Part shown: positions 1 to 7,921 of the stretch, piece after piece
Position numbering within the stretch: the first letter of the stretch is position 1
How the letters are laid out: each line of letters begins with the position of its first letter
Assembly (NCBI GenBank): GCA_017614995.1
Contig: JAGAAX010000028.1
Span: forward strand, 4,641 to 28,640
DNA: 24,000 bases
Direction: 5' to 3'
DNA from: Spirochaetaceae bacterium
Lineage (GTDB): Bacteria > Spirochaetota > Spirochaetia > Treponematales > Treponemataceae
Notes under the pieces: model-generated
Seen by the model: the letters and a program-made list of their open reading frames with translations, nothing else
What the model was told of the DNA's origin: nothing
Databases searched by the model: none
Program-made: the position numbers and the translations under genes

Positions 1-168
1 ATGATTTTTTCCATAGTGCATGGCTGTGATACAAAAGCCAGCTCCAAAATCCAGAATCTTAAGCCGTTTCTCGTTTTGGAATTTCAGCTGATTAAAGATT
101 ACATCGTAGAAAATCTTGCCCCAAGGCTGCTCTACCATTTTCCGATAGTTTTCAATTGGTGTTGACAT
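1..168 (-). CDS. Class I SAM-dependent methyltransferase, N-terminal fragment (gene runs off the left edge)
   Basis: Edge-truncated, so absent from the ORF track. Reverse complement of 168..1 reads without stops as MSTPIENYRKMVEQPWGKIFYDVIFNQLKFQNEKRLKILDFGAGFCITAMHYGKNH, with an LDFGAG AdoMet-binding motif I. AAGGGAG (176..182, minus) lies 8 nt upstream of the ATG at 168. Confidence 0.6.
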   Translation of the reverse strand, partial: MSTPIENYRKMVEQPWGKIFYDVIFNQLKFQNEKRLKILDFGAGFCITAMHYGKNH

Positions 169-181
169 TTTTTAACTCCCT

Positions 182-646
182 TTATAACAGCTTAGCAAGT
201 TCTTTGAGCAATTGCTGCTTCATCTTTTTCAGTTCTTCTTCGCCGGGTCTTTCAGAATTTGCGTACATTTTTTCCATCGGATACCACCATACCGGACCTT
301 TCCCTTTATTGCCGTACTCTCCAAGATCTCCGGCTTTCCGGGGAAACAGGTGCCAGTGGATATGAGCGCCACCTTTACCGTTGCCAAGACATTCATAATT
401 CATCTTTTCAGCACCGAAAGCATTTTTTACAGCCTGAGCTACAACCGTCATTTCCTCAAGATGCTTTGCTCTGACAGCCGGCTCCAGATCGAATAGCTCA
501 ACAGCATGATCCTTATAGATGAACAGCGTATAGCCCTTAAAATGCTGAAAGTCTCCGATTACAACATATCCGGTTTCCAGTTCTTTTACGAAGTAAGGAT
601 TTGTACCGTCCTTGATCATCTGAATTCTTTCGCAAACACCGCACAT
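182..646 (-). CDS. HIT (histidine triad) family nucleotide hydrolase/transferase
   Basis: The ORF contains the histidine triad HIHWHLFPR (HxHxHxx) and an N-terminal CxxC (MCGVCERI) typical of HIT proteins. I prefer the ATG at 646; the track's 664 start is a GTG overlapping the upstream gene. Confidence 0.85.
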   Translation of the reverse strand: MCGVCERIQMIKDGTNPYFVKELETGYVVIGDFQHFKGYTLFIYKDHAVELFDLEPAVRAKHLEEMTVVAQAVKNAFGAEKMNYECLGNGKGGAHIHWHLFPRKAGDLGEYGNKGKGPVWWYPMEKMYANSERPGEEELKKMKQQLLKELAKLL

Positions 647-657
647 TTTCTGCCTAT

Positions 658-1080
658 TTACCACACTGCTTTTTCGCCGGTTACTTTTTCACCAAGCCAG
701 CTTGCGTTGTATTCAACAAAGCACTTTGTATACGGCAAATCCTTGTATTTTTCCTGATGTTTCAGAATAGGATAAATTACGCTTCCCCAGCCAACAGAAA
801 CGATTCCAACAAAAGCGTACAAAGGGCCAAGAACAAGCGACTGAATTGTGTGGCCGTACTCGTGTACTCTGGCTCCTGTAAAATAATCGCCCTCGTTGTT
901 TGGAACGAAAATGAAAGGACCGAGACTCAAGCCTGCCCAGCGGTCATTCCATTGTGTTTGAATTGCACATCTGTAGAACTTATGCGGCTTATTGATATGG
1001 ATTAAGAAAAACAACAAGCCGATGAGTGTCTGTCCTAATCCCCAGGTACATTGAATTAATAAATAAATGATTCTTTTCAT
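658..1080 (-). CDS. Small integral membrane protein with an HExxH motif (possible membrane metallopeptidase-like protein)
   Basis: Hydrophobic segments are WGLGQTLIGLLFFLI and LVLGPLYAFVGIVSVGW, and the motif is ARVHEYGHTIQ. I start at the internal ATG 1080 (MKRIIYLL...). The 19 extra codons of the track ORF run into an intergenic inverted repeat. Family not recognised. Confidence 0.55.
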   Translation of the reverse strand: MKRIIYLLIQCTWGLGQTLIGLLFFLIHINKPHKFYRCAIQTQWNDRWAGLSLGPFIFVPNNEGDYFTGARVHEYGHTIQSLVLGPLYAFVGIVSVGWGSVIYPILKHQEKYKDLPYTKCFVEYNASWLGEKVTGEKAVW

Positions 1081-1109
1081 GGTTTTAGTATAAGTTATGA
1101 TTGCTGAAT

Positions 1110-1165
1110 CTGCAATGTGCAAAAAGGTAAGATGCAAAAACTAAAGGGTGAAATGCACATTGCAG
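1110..1165. repeat. Perfect 12-bp inverted repeat (CTGCAATGTGCA / TGCACATTGCAG) with a 32-nt loop
   Basis: The arms at 1110..1121 and 1154..1165 are exact reverse complements. The repeat lies in the 89-bp gap between the GNAT stop (1170) and the membrane-protein start (1080). Confidence 0.7.
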
Positions 1166-1169
1166 CCAG

Positions 1170-1751
1170 TTACTTCAATTTCTTCATTTTTACAGGGTAG
1201 CCGTTGCCCAGCAGGCGCATCAAAGAAAACTTCTCGCGTTTTTCAACAACAAAGCCGTTTTTCTCGTACAGCTTTATAGCCGGCAGGTTCTTTGAAAAAA
1301 CGTGGACATAAAAAGTGTTATAGCCTTTTTGCGCGAAAGCATGATTCAGAAGCGCCGAACCCACTCCTTTGCGCCGCGTTTCACCGCTTGTTACCAGAAC
1401 GTCAATATAAAGTTCATCTGCTGATTCTACGACGGGCTTTTGAAAGATGCTGTTCATCTGGTTACTGATCATTTTGCCGCGCATATTTCCAAAGTATTTT
1501 ACGCAAGGTTCCAGCCTGAAATTCAGCGGGCGCACTTCGTTTGTCGCGATTCCGATTAAGCCAAGGACTTTTTCGCCTTCAACGTAACACCTGAAAAGCT
1601 CAGGATCAAAGATTTCGGCTAAAAGGCTTCGGATTAATGCGCCGTCTTTTGAAAACGTCATCATGTGCCCGAAGCCTTCCATAAAAAGTTCGACAGCTTG
1701 TTTTCTCTGGTTTTCGTTAAGCTTGCTGTAATTTACAATTGTATATTCCAT
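1170..1751 (-). CDS. GNAT family N-acetyltransferase
   Basis: 193 aa with acetyl-CoA motif A (SGETRRKGVGSALLNHA) followed by AIKLYEKNGF. The start lies 1 nt after the upstream stop (TAA-T-ATG). Confidence 0.85.
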   Translation of the reverse strand: MEYTIVNYSKLNENQRKQAVELFMEGFGHMMTFSKDGALIRSLLAEIFDPELFRCYVEGEKVLGLIGIATNEVRPLNFRLEPCVKYFGNMRGKMISNQMNSIFQKPVVESADELYIDVLVTSGETRRKGVGSALLNHAFAQKGYNTFYVHVFSKNLPAIKLYEKNGFVVEKREKFSLMRLLGNGYPVKMKKLK

Positions 1752-1752
1752 A

Positions 1753-2664
1753 TTATTTTCCCCATATTGTCCAGTGCCAGCCTTTTCCGTAGCCGATTTT
1801 CTTGTAAAACGGATCTTCGCCGCCGGTCATGTGGGTTGCGCCGAGAGGTTTAAGCGTGCGGTAATGCTTTGTAAGAGCAGCAGCGGCCAAGCCACGTTTA
1901 CGGTGGTCCGGGTGAGTGCAAAGCGGTTCCATATAAGCAAGGTGATTTTGAGGAACCCACCACATGCCAGAGAAACACACATATTCTTCATTTTCATCTG
2001 CTATGATGATATTGTATTCTGGTGTTTCATGTGGGGAAGGCGAGATGAAAGAACCCCAGCCACTTTTATGCGATTTTGCGGGTGTCCATTCCAGAGAATC
2101 ATCATATTTGTCCCAGTCTTTAAACTCACCACGCTCGCCATGACCAAATCCATACCAGCAGAGCTTTGAACATTTTACGATATCAATATCCTTTTGCTCC
2201 ACAAAATGATAGCCCGCAGGCAGTTCGTAATTCAGTTCATTTTGAAAATCAAAAATCATGTCTTCATATTCATAAACCTGTTTGAAGCCACGCTTTGCTG
2301 TAACTTCCTTTAAGAATTGCTGACCATCAGAAAAAACAAACTGCTGCTCGCCGCCAAAGTGGGGCATAGTGCTGATTGCATAATCAATCAATTCTTCAGC
2401 AAGAAACTCATAACCCTTGCGAACATTGAAATAAATGTCGGTCACCGGTGCTTCGTAATAAACAAAGGCAACAACCTTATCGCCATCGAACCAGAATCTG
2501 TTCAAAAACGAATATGACGAATCCATCCAAGAAGAACGGAGCGCATATTCAAAAAACGGAGCCGGCCGTCCACTGGCATTTTTCCAGTCGTAAGTGTCTA
2601 CAAGAAAATCCCATACGAGATTTATATCTGATAATATTTGAAATTGTTTTGTTGTAATGTTCAT
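1753..2664 (-). CDS. GNAT-domain protein (C-terminal acetyltransferase fold, uncharacterised N-terminal half)
   Basis: 303 aa. The C-terminal region LCTHPDHRKRGLAAAALTKH...FYKKIGY matches GNAT motif A/B. GAGGA lies 5 nt upstream of the ATG at 2664. Confidence 0.75.
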   Translation of the reverse strand: MNITTKQFQILSDINLVWDFLVDTYDWKNASGRPAPFFEYALRSSWMDSSYSFLNRFWFDGDKVVAFVYYEAPVTDIYFNVRKGYEFLAEELIDYAISTMPHFGGEQQFVFSDGQQFLKEVTAKRGFKQVYEYEDMIFDFQNELNYELPAGYHFVEQKDIDIVKCSKLCWYGFGHGERGEFKDWDKYDDSLEWTPAKSHKSGWGSFISPSPHETPEYNIIIADENEEYVCFSGMWWVPQNHLAYMEPLCTHPDHRKRGLAAAALTKHYRTLKPLGATHMTGGEDPFYKKIGYGKGWHWTIWGK

Positions 2665-2681
2665 AATCTTCCTCTTGAGGT

Positions 2682-2740
2682 GTCATTCCGAATTTATTTC
2701 GGAATCCTAATTATAGATCCTGAAACAAGTTCAGGATGAC
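2682..2740. repeat. Head-out doublet of GTCATT-hairpin (REP-like) repeats
   Basis: 2682..2706 is GTCA-TTCCGAA-tttat-TTCGGAA-TC. 2716..2740, read on the minus strand, is GTCA-TCCTGAA-cttgt-TTCAGGA-TC. The spacer is 9 nt. Confidence 0.85.
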
Positions 2741-2749
2741 GGTTATTTA

Positions 2750-3553
2750 TTAAAATAGTTCATACAGCAAAATGTAATATTTGATTTTATCCCAGTCAGG
2801 TTTGATGCCAAGAGCATCAAATAATAACTCGGCCTTAAAATCAGAATAAATCTTTTTGCCCCAGGTTCCGTCTGCGTTGTGTTTAAGGCTTCGATAGCAG
2901 AGTGCAATGTCCAGCCATTTGTCGCCAGCACCAGTATCACCAAGGTCAATGAAACCGCCAGGCTTGTTGCCATCTATAAAAATATTTGGCAAACAACAAT
3001 CTCCGTGAGACAAAACCGGCTCATATGTCGGGCGGTTTGCTTCCAGCCATTCAAGCAATTCCACAGGATTTTCAAAACCAGCAGGACCAAAGGTTTCTGG
3101 CTCAGCGTCATCCACATCTATAAGATTGTTTTCAACACGATATCTTGCTTCTTTAAGCTTATCTTCAAGCGTTATTTTGCGAGGGCAGTCAGAAATATCT
3201 ACACTCCACAAAAGCTTAAGAGCCTCGGCAAGATGTTGGCAAAGCTCATTTGGCCGTGACATATAGTAATCATCACAGCTCATAATGCCGGGAACCTTAC
3301 TCATAAGAAGGTATTGAAGACCAGTTGCTTCATCCTTTTCATAAGCAATAACTTTTGGAACCGGAATCTTTCCTTCCAGCCAGCGCATCACCTTTACAGT
3401 TTCATCATTTTTCGTAGAAGCTTTTTCTGTCTTGAGCACACAGTCATCAAACATCAGCACCTTTGCCTGCGACTTTCCGATATCATCAGACGTGTAATTT
3501 TTGCCCAAGACAAGTGCTTTGATTTTTTTCGGCAGATTAAAATCTTCAATCAT
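2750..3553 (-). CDS. aph(3'): Aminoglycoside 3'-phosphotransferase family kinase, APH(3')
   Basis: 267 aa with the Brenner/catalytic motif SHGDCCLPNIF, the activation motif GFIDLGDTGAGDKWLDIALCYRS, and C-terminal tail LGIKPDWDKIKYYILLYELF. From memory, that tail is almost identical to the APH(3')-IIIa tail (LGIKPDWEKIKYYILLDELF). Confidence 0.9.
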   Translation of the reverse strand: MIEDFNLPKKIKALVLGKNYTSDDIGKSQAKVLMFDDCVLKTEKASTKNDETVKVMRWLEGKIPVPKVIAYEKDEATGLQYLLMSKVPGIMSCDDYYMSRPNELCQHLAEALKLLWSVDISDCPRKITLEDKLKEARYRVENNLIDVDDAEPETFGPAGFENPVELLEWLEANRPTYEPVLSHGDCCLPNIFIDGNKPGGFIDLGDTGAGDKWLDIALCYRSLKHNADGTWGKKIYSDFKAELLFDALGIKPDWDKIKYYILLYELF

Positions 3554-3562
3554 AATTAGTCC

Positions 3563-4246
3563 TTAAGAAAAAGACATCAAGTCATCAAGCGTATCTGCTG
3601 TATCTACAGGAACCCAGTGACCTTCCATGCAAATCTCCGGATTAAGCGATTTGATTTTAGCTTCGAGTTTCTTGCACTTTTCCTTGTCTTTGATTCCTGT
3701 CATAAAATCATCGCAAGTGGAGTCTCCCATGAAAAGCACTTTGTCTTCAGCCACATATACAAGTGTAGAATCCTCAGTGTGCGGAGCCTCACTTTCAACA
3801 ATTCGAACTGTGCAGCCGCCAAGGTCAAGTGTCATTTCGCCGGAAAACAGCATGTCTGCCAAAGAGACAACCACTTTTTTGCCATCTGCGTATTCTTTTC
3901 TGATGCTTTCATCAAGAGCAAGAAATTCGCTTGTGCCGTTTGCTTCAATTTTTCGCCTGCATTCAACGAGGTGCTTGTTTGTCCTTTCATTTGCAAGACA
4001 TAAGCCGTTTACAGCGTGCATACCAAAAGTGTGATCCCAGTGCCAGTGGGTAAGCACAGTAAGCGAGGGCAGTGGCAGACGTGCTTTCTCTAAAAGAGCG
4101 TAAAATTCTTTTACATGAGATGCAGAATGTCCTGCATCTATAGCTAAGCTCCAGTTTTTGCCTTTTACATAACCAAGGTTCGGACGGTCTCTTTCAGATT
4201 CAAACGGCATGTACCAGATATGTTCAGATAATTTTTTAAGTTCCAT
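3563..4246 (-). CDS. MBL-fold metallo-hydrolase
   Basis: Metal-binding motif LTHWHWDHTFG (HxHxDH), later MGDS and EGHW. Preferred start is the ATG at 4246, with GGAG 6 nt upstream. An alternative ATG at 4258 overlaps the upstream stop (TAATG). The track start at 4300 overlaps the upstream gene. Confidence 0.85.
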   Translation of the reverse strand: MELKKLSEHIWYMPFESERDRPNLGYVKGKNWSLAIDAGHSASHVKEFYALLEKARLPLPSLTVLTHWHWDHTFGMHAVNGLCLANERTNKHLVECRRKIEANGTSEFLALDESIRKEYADGKKVVVSLADMLFSGEMTLDLGGCTVRIVESEAPHTEDSTLVYVAEDKVLFMGDSTCDDFMTGIKDKEKCKKLEAKIKSLNPEICMEGHWVPVDTADTLDDLMSFS

Positions 4247-4257
4247 TTTTTTCTCCA

Positions 4258-4707
4258 TTAGTTGCCAAAATATTTGGAAAAAGCCACATTTGTCGTACAC
4301 TCAACAAATCCGTTTTTCTTATAAAAATGATAAGCCGGAACATTCGAGTCTGTCAGCAAAAAAATCTGCTTTAGCCCAAGTTCTTTAATTGCTTTTTCAA
4401 TTTCAGCAATAAAGAAAGAGCCTGCACCTGAGCCCTGCCGCTCGGTCTTTATACAGAATTCGTTGATGATATATTCTGTTCCCGAATACCAGTGCTTTAT
4501 ATACCCCAGAGCAATTCCAATGAGCTCATCATCATCGTACAAACCGTAAGTCAAAGAATAGCCCTGACCGACAAGGTCATTTATGTACATATCAAGCTGG
4601 TTTTTGTCCGACCAGTCATCATTCCAGGGTTCTTTTGTAAAGACGCCGGTAAATACGCTTGTAATAGCTTCTTTATCTTCTATATAGAGTCTTTTTAGTT
4701 TAAGCAT
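4258..4707 (-). CDS. GNAT family N-acetyltransferase
   Basis: 149 aa with FCIKTERQGSGAGSFFIAEIEKA (motif A) and AYHFYKKNGF (motif B). Confidence 0.85.
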   Translation of the reverse strand: MLKLKRLYIEDKEAITSVFTGVFTKEPWNDDWSDKNQLDMYINDLVGQGYSLTYGLYDDDELIGIALGYIKHWYSGTEYIINEFCIKTERQGSGAGSFFIAEIEKAIKELGLKQIFLLTDSNVPAYHFYKKNGFVECTTNVAFSKYFGN

Positions 4708-4726
4708 TTTCTTCTCCCGTTAAACC

Positions 4727-5377
4727 TTACGCTTCCGCTTTAAGCGTATAAGTATGATCCCAGTTTTTGAGCACTTCTACTTTTGAAAAGCCGGCTGCCA
4801 GCAATGCCTCTTTTTCATGCTCAACAGTCAGCGGTGTATCATAGTGATAGAACTCACCGTCGGGCAGATTCTGCTCTTTTCGCAAACGGAGCAGTTCCTG
4901 CCTCCGGGCGGTTTCTTCTTCTTCAGTCATTGCAAAATAATCTGTCAGAATGAAATAACCGCCGCTTTTCAAGGCAGCCTTTAGTTTGGTGTAAAGCGGA
5001 ATCTTTTCTTCTTTTGTGAAATGATGCAGTGATTCAACCGACACAGCCGCGTCAAACAGAGCCTCGCCGAAAGGCACTTCAAAGTATGAGCCCAAAATCA
5101 GAGTAATATCTTTGCCGCTGAATTTCTTTTTCAGTGCATTGAGCATACCGGCTGCAAGATCTATGCCGGTTACCTTTGCTTCCGGATTCAGGGCAAAGAA
5201 CTCGTCAAGCTCAAGCCCTGTGCCGCAGCCTAAATCCAAAATCTTAGCGCCGGTTTCTTTAGGCAGACACCCTGCCGTAAACGGATAAAACTCCTGTGCA
5301 AAGTCTATAGTATTAAGCTGATGCTCTTCGTAGCCTTCCGTACGGGCATCAAAAAAATCTCCCATTTTTTCTAGCAT
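4727..5377 (-). CDS. Class I SAM-dependent methyltransferase
   Basis: 216 aa with motif I KILDLGCGTGLE, an acidic post-I residue (TGIDLA), and a Rossmann-type layout. Confidence 0.85.
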   Translation of the reverse strand: MLEKMGDFFDARTEGYEEHQLNTIDFAQEFYPFTAGCLPKETGAKILDLGCGTGLELDEFFALNPEAKVTGIDLAAGMLNALKKKFSGKDITLILGSYFEVPFGEALFDAAVSVESLHHFTKEEKIPLYTKLKAALKSGGYFILTDYFAMTEEEETARRQELLRLRKEQNLPDGEFYHYDTPLTVEHEKEALLAAGFSKVEVLKNWDHTYTLKAEA

Positions 5378-5401
5378 TTTCTTTTTTTCCTTTATTAAGT
5401 T

Positions 5402-6103
5402 TTACAAACAATATACAGCGTATTCTGACAAAGCTTTAAAACCATGACTTTTTGCCAGATTTGCAGATACCGGGTTCTGCGCGTCCCAATGCATTGTCAG
5501 CTTCTTTTTGCAGCACTGACGCATAACTTCAGCGGTGCAGTGGTCTGCAAGCCCGCGTTTCTGATGTTCAGGTTCTGTAGAAATATCAAGCTCTACATGG
5601 CCGTTATAAGTCAGAAAACTTGAAGCTGCTGCAACAACCTTTCCGCCGTAAAGTACCGCAGCGCCAACGCCTGTTTTTGAAAAATCCTGAAAATCTCTGT
5701 AGTTTTTTCCATGATCAAAAGGATGTGCTTCAAAAACCGCTTGCGTAAACGGAGTTATGCTGTAGCCTTCAGGCAACGGCTTTAACTGCTTTTGTGATTC
5801 ACTGCAAAGCGGCGACATAAGTTCCCGGCGGAAAGCAATTTGAATGTGCAGAGCTTTGATAAAGCTTTCCCATTCAGTGCTCATGCATACAAGCCAGTTT
5901 GCATAAAACAGTTCCTGATGTTCTTCAAAAAAACGCCTGTCCGGTTTTCCGCATAAATATGTGAATAAAGCTTTGCAGACGCAGCCTTCAGAATAAGAGA
6001 AAACAGACCCGAACTGTCCTGCTTTGCAGGCACTTAATAAGAGCGGCTCTTCTGTGAGAATTCCGCTGCTATTTTTATTCCAGATTTCAAATTTGTTTTC
6101 CAT
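5402..6103 (-). CDS. GNAT-like acetyltransferase (C-terminal GNAT fold)
   Basis: 233 aa. The C-terminal ISTEPEHQKRGLADHCTAEVMRQC...NLAKSHGF resembles GNAT motif A/B. The N-terminal half is not recognised. Confidence 0.65.
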   Translation of the reverse strand: MENKFEIWNKNSSGILTEEPLLLSACKAGQFGSVFSYSEGCVCKALFTYLCGKPDRRFFEEHQELFYANWLVCMSTEWESFIKALHIQIAFRRELMSPLCSESQKQLKPLPEGYSITPFTQAVFEAHPFDHGKNYRDFQDFSKTGVGAAVLYGGKVVAAASSFLTYNGHVELDISTEPEHQKRGLADHCTAEVMRQCCKKKLTMHWDAQNPVSANLAKSHGFKALSEYAVYCL

Positions 6104-6128
6104 ATTCTTTCCTTAGTTAAGCGTCTTG

Positions 6129-6752
6129 TCAGATAATTAAGCTGTTAATCTCGTTCTGCAAATTTGCAAGAAATTTTCCTGCATGAGCGCCGTCCATCTG
6201 CGTATGATGAAATTGAAACGACAGCATCAGATAATAGTGGAAAAGCTTTTTTGTGTAGCGTCCCCAAATCAGAAACGGATTATTGAAATCACTGTGCATA
6301 CCCACTGCGCCGTCAATTTCTGTATCAACAATTGCTGATGTACCGATGACCATGCAGACAGCAGATAAATCTCTGTCTGTGCAATTTTCAGCAGCTTCAG
6401 CAGTATATTTCAGATATTCCTGATTGAAGGTCACTAAATCATTTGAGAACATAATATCACAGGAATTAACTTCACCGTTTTTGTTCTTTACAATTGTATT
6501 CACCGCAATTTTATCGTACTGAATCAATTTGTCACCGACTGGAAGAATGAAAAACTCTTTTACGCAAAAAGCAGCTTTTCCAATGCAGTAATCAAGAAGC
6601 ATGTTGAACTTCAGCTTTTTCTTTCTGCTGATTTTTACAAGATTTGTGATATCAAGCTTCTTAAAAAATGTTACCATCGGATTCGGTGCTTTCAGCCAAA
6701 GTTTGTATGCCGCAGCTCTTGTTGTTTCTTCTGGTTGTATTTCTTTTGCCAT
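6129..6752 (-). CDS. cat: Chloramphenicol O-acetyltransferase family (type A CAT-like)
   Basis: 207 aa, the size of classical CATs. Catalytic signature SFQFHHTQMDGAHAGKF (HHxxxDG). The start overlaps the upstream stop as TAATG. Confidence 0.8.
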   Translation of the reverse strand: MAKEIQPEETTRAAAYKLWLKAPNPMVTFFKKLDITNLVKISRKKKLKFNMLLDYCIGKAAFCVKEFFILPVGDKLIQYDKIAVNTIVKNKNGEVNSCDIMFSNDLVTFNQEYLKYTAEAAENCTDRDLSAVCMVIGTSAIVDTEIDGAVGMHSDFNNPFLIWGRYTKKLFHYYLMLSFQFHHTQMDGAHAGKFLANLQNEINSLII

Positions 6753-7606
6753 TATCCAATCCTTTCTGAAAGCAGATTCTTAATAACCTTGGTTATTTTT
6801 GATCCGTCTTTTGCTTTGTGGTTCCAGTCAAATTGAACATCACTTCCGGCTGAGGGTTTTTCTGTTATGTTGTCACCAAGGCGGCACGGAATAAGAAGCT
6901 CCCAATAGCGCACCATATACACGTCATCTTTTACAGATTCCACAACCCCGAGATGTTCTTTAAAAATCTGCATAAAGCCTTCCTGAACCTTTACTTTGCG
7001 GTAAGACGGAAATTCTCTGCTGATTTTTTCGAGCGCGCCTTGGTCTGAAATCTTGGCAAAATCTGCGCTTTCTACAAAATGCCCCTTGAATGAAGCAAAA
7101 TCATCATTTAGCGGAAAGCACATATACGCGTCGTAGCTGTTGCCTTCGCCGTCAGTTATGCCGAAGTCTGCACAGCGTTTAAAGCCAAACTTAGGGTAAT
7201 AGTCTGGTTCTCCGGCAAGAATTATTCCGGCAATTCCGGCGTTTTTGGCAAGCTGTATAGTTTCACGGAGCAAAGCACCGCCTATGTCATTTCCTTCTAG
7301 GGTTGGTTCAACCGCCAGCGGCCCGAGCATTGCAACTTCTTTTTTGCGGGTGTCGGCTTTACCGTCAGTGTCCGGGGCGTCTGTAATCCAGGCTTTTGTG
7401 TAATAAACAGCTCCGGCAATTTTCCCGTCAACTTCGGCAATACGGCTTATTTCAGGCAGATAGTCTGCCGAAGCTCTTATGACTCTGAGCATATTGTGCT
7501 CAACACAGCCCGGAAAATACTTGTTCCAGAAGCTCCGCATGGTCATTAATTCGGTCTTTTTATAGTCATCAGGCCGCTCCGGTCTGATAATCAAGTTTTT
7601 AAGCAT
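6752..7606 (-). CDS. GNAT family N-acetyltransferase (YhbS-like core with C-terminal extension)
   Basis: 284 aa with LGPLAVEPTLEGNDIGGALLRETIQLAKNAGIAGIILAGEPDYYPKFGFK, characteristic of the predicted-acetyltransferase YhbS-like group. First gene of the co-directional array. Confidence 0.8.
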   Translation of the reverse strand: MLKNLIIRPERPDDYKKTELMTMRSFWNKYFPGCVEHNMLRVIRASADYLPEISRIAEVDGKIAGAVYYTKAWITDAPDTDGKADTRKKEVAMLGPLAVEPTLEGNDIGGALLRETIQLAKNAGIAGIILAGEPDYYPKFGFKRCADFGITDGEGNSYDAYMCFPLNDDFASFKGHFVESADFAKISDQGALEKISREFPSYRKVKVQEGFMQIFKEHLGVVESVKDDVYMVRYWELLIPCRLGDNITEKPSAGSDVQFDWNHKAKDGSKITKVIKNLLSERIG

Positions 7607-7767
7607 TTTTTTAGCCCTTATAAATTGCCCGCCGCATTCTTGGTTTGCTAAAAGCCGTTTTCCGCGGCGGATTTATCCATTATATTTTTGTGTGCCGTCT
7701 GCTGTAAATAAAGAATTAGTTTAAAAGCTTATTGTCAGGCTTCAATCTATTGATGATAACCGGTACA

Positions 7768-7776
7768 ATCATAACA
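7768..7776 (-). promoter_or_regulatory. Candidate extended -10 promoter (TGtTATGAT) for the 12-gene array
   Basis: The minus strand reads tgttatgat about 160 nt upstream of the first start codon (7606). No good -35 is seen. Confidence 0.3.
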
Positions 7777-7921
7777 CATTATTCAATTGAATGAGCTAAT
7801 AATTCGTGCAATTTCAAATTTTTAGCTTATCTTGTTCCCAATACACCCTAAATATGATATTCTGAAGCCTGTAAGCCCGAACTTGCTTCGGGTTTGATTC
7901 AATTAAAACAAGGAACTTACA

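Noticed and set aside
1081-1137. Track start at 1137 for the membrane protein (extra MHLTFLHIADSAIITYTKT)
   Set aside because: The extension is encoded by one arm of the 12-bp inverted repeat region. The hydrophobic N-terminus begins at MKRIIYLL (ATG 1080).
1-7606. Integron gene-cassette array (many small, co-oriented, resistance-type genes)
   Set aside because: Most junctions are 1-25 nt or overlapping start/stop codons, leaving no room for attC sites. The two larger gaps contain a simple 12-bp inverted repeat and a GTCATT doublet, neither with the RYYYAAC/GTTRRRY attC core. No intI gene is in the window.
7648-7680. 10-codon upstream ORF (MDKSAAENGF) overlapping a GC-rich hairpin (CCGCCGC 7629..7635 / GCGGCGG 7664..7670) upstream of the array, reminiscent of cat/erm leader-peptide attenuation
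   Set aside because: The mini-ORF has no SD. The hairpin does not sequester the SD or start codon of the first gene (7606). I cannot place the transcription start. This is too weak to call.
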